From assembly GCF_964204865.1 (NCBI RefSeq), contig NC_135253.1, positions 6,572,001-6,636,000 of the forward strand: a stretch of 64,000 nt of DNA, in the 5' to 3' direction. The translations under genes and the position numbers were made by a program. This stretch comes from Styela clava (Eukaryota). Below the pieces are notes generated by a model. It did not search any database. It saw nothing but the letters and a program-made list of their open reading frames with translations, and had not been told where the DNA came from. Position 1 is the stretch's first letter. The number at the start of each line of letters is the position of its first letter. Positions 60,901-64,000 of the stretch are shown piece after piece.

Positions 60901-63838
60901 AAATCAAGCTGAAGGTAACTATTAGTATTCTAAAGATTGAATGAGGATACTGCATTTGGCCCAGAGCAGGGGTGGCCAACCTGCGGCTCTTTCCCCGGTT
61001 TCATGCGGCTCTTTTTGCCCTGGATATTTTAATGAAAGAATTACTTCAAATACAGTTTCTCTTAAATATGTTTCGATTAAACATCTAATGCTAAGTAATT
61101 ATGAAGCTCTGTTACTTGAATAATTTATTTGAATTATGATTCTCTTTTAAATTTATAGACAATGGTTTCTAAATGAAATTAAATCAGCATTATTTTGTTG
61201 ATGTTTACCTTTAGAAAGTAGAAAAAGATTGGAATCGCTTCATCATGAAGAAATGTTAGAATTGAGAGAACAATTAGAAACTCATGTGCATGAACATAAA
61301 GAAAAGTTAAAACGAATGCAAGTTGAAATGGAATCCAGTCGTACTTCTAGATCTCAGTTACAGGTATTTTAATTTGAATTTTTGTGGTATCTCTATTTTG
61401 ACTATTTGTTTTTTTACCCATTTAATGAGATATTACATCTACTTATACTATTCTCTACTTATATATAATTTCATATTTCAATCTCAACTCACACCCAGCG
61501 TTTAAAAAATTGCGTTCTATGCCAAGGTTGTTAGATGCTGTTTCTTCTCACTAACTCTGTATGCGTTGCGGTTGCTTGCCCTGAGCCTTACATTCTCAAA
61601 ACTATGGTTGAAATGAAATTATCAGTTAACAGAAAGTCTTGATAAATTTAAAAACCATAAAATTCAAGTTCTATTTCTATTTTTCAAGGTACTTCATTTC
61701 TTATTGCTGTTATATTATGTGAAACAGTTGGTGATATATTAAATTGTGTATAATATTTATATATATATCGTTTGTAGTTTTTATACCAACTCTTTAACTA
61801 TGAATACGTGTTTTTCACATTCATCTTGAGAGGAAAGGCAATTAGACGTTCTCATGTTTGATTACCAGTCCAGAACGAATATGGGAATAGTATGGTATAC
61901 AAGTCTAATGCATCGATACATAGACTCAGATGGTTGATAATGTCGTAACCTACCAGCAGTTACCTGCTCAGCAATGCTCTCATACATACTTATTCTTGAT
62001 GAGATTTGAACCTGTGAAATTACAATGCATGGTAATCATCATCGATAATGCAATTGTATTCTTAAAATTTAGTACTTTGCGCGAACCGGCAAGCCAAATC
62101 ATCGATTCTTTCAAATTTTTAGGAACTGAAGGAAGAACTAGTTGCTCGAAATGCTACTGTTGAGCAAGTGGAATTACTGAAATCAGAATTCAACGAAAAA
62201 GAAAAAGTTTTGTTGTCGGAACATGAACAGTTTGTTGAAAATTTAAAAGAAGAACATGAAGCAGAATTATCAAGCATGAGGTTTGAAAAAATGAATTTTT
62301 TTTTGCGTTTGAAAATATTAAATCATTAAACTATATAATTAAATCATGCTTGTAGCATGTTTGAATTTTTTTTTATACATTTGGCATGTTTTGCAAATTC
62401 ACATTTCAAAATGGACATAAAAGTACATTTTTGGACATTTCTGACTTGATTGTGAATGGATTTTTATTGCATAAATTAGGTATGTAAGCATGCCAAATGA
62501 ATAACATTATGCACTGCAATATTTTAAGTATTGGGACCTATTCATTTGAGGTGCTTTCTGAAAATCATCAAAATATAAACGAAAATTTACTTTTTCTTCA
62601 GAGTCGTAACTATATTTCTTATATAATTTCGTGTATCTGTAATTTCAATGAAAAAATTGTAACCTAACTGTTACTCAAAAAACAACACTACTTCAAAAAC
62701 AATATTTTTCTTAAAATCCCTGTTCTTCGAAAAACCAAATTACTATTATATGAAATATATACAAAATTATAAAACAATTTTTAAAATTCAATTCAACTGC
62801 AATTTTTAAAATTCCTGCCCTCAAATAGAAAGCAACTCGAAGCGAATTTGCCTTCTGAATCTGGTGATTACGAACAATATAGAAGTGATCTCGAGAAAGA
62901 ATTGATTGAATACAAAGAAAAACTTGCTGCGGCACAAGCGAATCTTGCATCAATATCAGCATCATCACCCATGAGACCAATGTCATCTGCTTCTGATTAT
63001 GATCCTGCTAATATTTCTGCAATGAAAAAAGATATAAGAAAGTATGAAAATTTATCATCAGTGTTTTTATAAACTATTCAACGATTGGTAAAATATTTTT
63101 TTGCATGAAATCTCAATTTGAGCGAATCATTTCTGAAGGAGAGGAAAGCCAAAATGGTGAACCACGGCCTCTTGTTTGGTTACCAGTCTATGTCGGGTAT
63201 GAGAATAGTTAATAGTTTGTTAGTTAATTTGTTACAGATATGCAGGCTTCATGATGTAGGATACCGTACCCGACCAGCGGTTGGTTACCTGAACCACTCT
63301 ATGACAGCGAGGAGTCCAGCAATCCTATAGTATATAATCATCGCAACAAACTGGAAAAGTTTTGATCCTTCCAAAATAATAACTCTTTATAGCTTTTACA
63401 TGGCCTTGTTTGGAGTAAAAGTCACAATAAAACATTGTATAAAAATTCTTGATGTTAATTGCGACTTTGCTTTTCCATTAGTGCTTTGACTATCACTCAC
63501 ATTTCTGATGTTTCTGGGATTGGTGACGAACTTGAGGAAGGTGTTCTTCATATGACAACCGAAGATGAGGAGATGTTGGAAGAGGGAGAACTTCCTACTC
63601 TAGAAGAGGGAGATCTGATTGAGAGCAAGGAGAGTCAAGTAACAGAGCAGGAGAAGGACGAAGATGAGTCATCTTCATCTTCTTCTTCTTCATCAGATGA
63701 GGATTCTGTTCATGAGGAGAAAGAAGAGGTAGTTGCTCAACTGCAAGATTCACAACAACTCGGTGAGAGTGTTGATATTGGAAATGAAATTGAGATTTTA
63801 ACATCAAAAGTAGAGGAATTGCAGAATGAGTTGCTTCA
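42905..63838 (+). CDS. AKAP9: AKAP9/pericentrin-like centrosomal coiled-coil scaffold; 5' part, continues past the window end
   Basis: N-terminus MDDEERKRKLEAGKAK|LASFQKKR matches the AKAP9/PCNT start. Phase-consistent exons: 42905-42952, 43246-43321, 43856-44007, 44546-44675, 45118-45269, 45587-45797, 46514-46629, 49052-49204, 49673-49787, 50248-50381, 50796-50927, 52959-53072, 53656-53856, 56753-56848, 57253-57450, 57888-58035, 58549-58712, 60012-60158, 60725-60914, 61215-61363, 62123-62280, 62829-63041, 63482-63838, mostly E/K/Q-rich coiled coil. The diagnostic PACT domain is not in the window. Confidence 0.78.
51047..51955 (-). mobile_element. tRNA-SINE copy split by a TIR element
   Basis: SINE 3' half at 51047-51200 (CATATGGCGAACCATGGCCTC) and 5' half at 51800-51955 (GGGATTCGAACCTGCGAACCCACAC...TTCCTAACGCTTAGC). 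Confidence 0.82.
51202..51793. mobile_element. Non-autonomous TIR element with imperfect ~45-bp TIRs
   Basis: The left end GTCATTACTCGACACCTCAAAACCAAACAGTGCTAAGTCCACTTTTCCA resembles the reverse complement of the right end, GTCAGTTCGACGCATGAAATCCAAATTGGGCTAAGTCCATTTTTCCA. Repeated internal CTAAGTCC/GGACTTAG motifs. Confidence 0.65.
55897..56298 (+). CDS. Candidate in-frame Cys/Ser-rich alternative exon (cassette or alternative first exon) of the AKAP9-like gene
   Basis: TTTGTTAG| acceptor and AAA|GTAGGT donor are both phase 0, matching flanking exons 53656-53856 and 56753-56848. 134 open codons in an AT-rich intron; internal ATG at 55912. Confidence 0.55.
59330..59890 (+). mobile_element. 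tRNA-SINE copy interrupted by a hAT MITE
   Basis: GGTTCAAATCCCATG...TATGTGCAAGAG | MITE | TGCAAGAGGATTG...GGTGGTTCAC...CGCTGGTTGGTTACGG...GGTAACCGGACG. Confidence 0.8.
59387..59705. mobile_element. hAT MITE
   Basis: TIR CAGGGGTGGGCAAC / GTTGCCCACCCCTG; perfect 8-bp TSD tgcaagag. Confidence 0.92.
63130..63330 (-). mobile_element. Partial tRNA-SINE copy (further degenerate copies near 33270-33400, 54380-54470, 61830-62040)
   Basis: GGAGAGGAAAGCC...GAACCACGGCCTC...CGACCAGCGGTT...GAGGAGTCCAGCAATCCT match the SINE body. Confidence 0.75.
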
Positions 63839-64000
63839 GTGAGTAGAATATATCATTGCTTAAACATGAAAGATTTTTGGAACCAAAGTGTACAAAAATT
63901 CATTTTCTTCAACAAATGAACTTTTAGACTTCGAATTTTTTGTACGGATTTTTGTTAACATTGTGGTTGTCATTTTTCTTTCATATCTAATATCTGGTCA

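Overview
Eukaryotic, AT-rich animal DNA with GT-AG introns. The compact genes, operon-like spacing and repeat types fit an invertebrate chordate such as an ascidian (inference). From left to right: (1) the 3' part of a multi-exon SLC22-family transporter (+, 64-8823) whose introns hold several hAT MITEs, one nested in another; (2) a 3-exon, 165-aa secreted precursor (-, 12274-13405) with basic cleavage sites and two Cys3 segments, which I cannot assign to a known hormone family and which the ORF track shows only in part; (3) a decayed DNA-transposase gene and a Helitron/Helentron-like element; (4) a ~20-kb block of housekeeping genes, eight with intronless CDSs (ELP3, DHDDS, COPZ1, SPC24, ZCCHC9, EMC8/9, POP5, PARS2) plus 7-exon EAPP, in tight co-oriented runs (DHDDS>ELP3, ZCCHC9>EAPP, EMC8>POP5>PARS2) that look like trans-spliced operons; (5) a foldback-like inverted minisatellite element, a LINE reverse-transcriptase (RT) relic with a snap-back palindrome, and ~10 copies of a tRNA-derived SINE; (6) the 5' part of a large AKAP9/pericentrin-like coiled-coil gene (+, from 42905, running past the window end) with a candidate in-frame Cys-rich alternative exon. 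All exon models and protein identities come from manual reading and recalled motifs; no searches were run.
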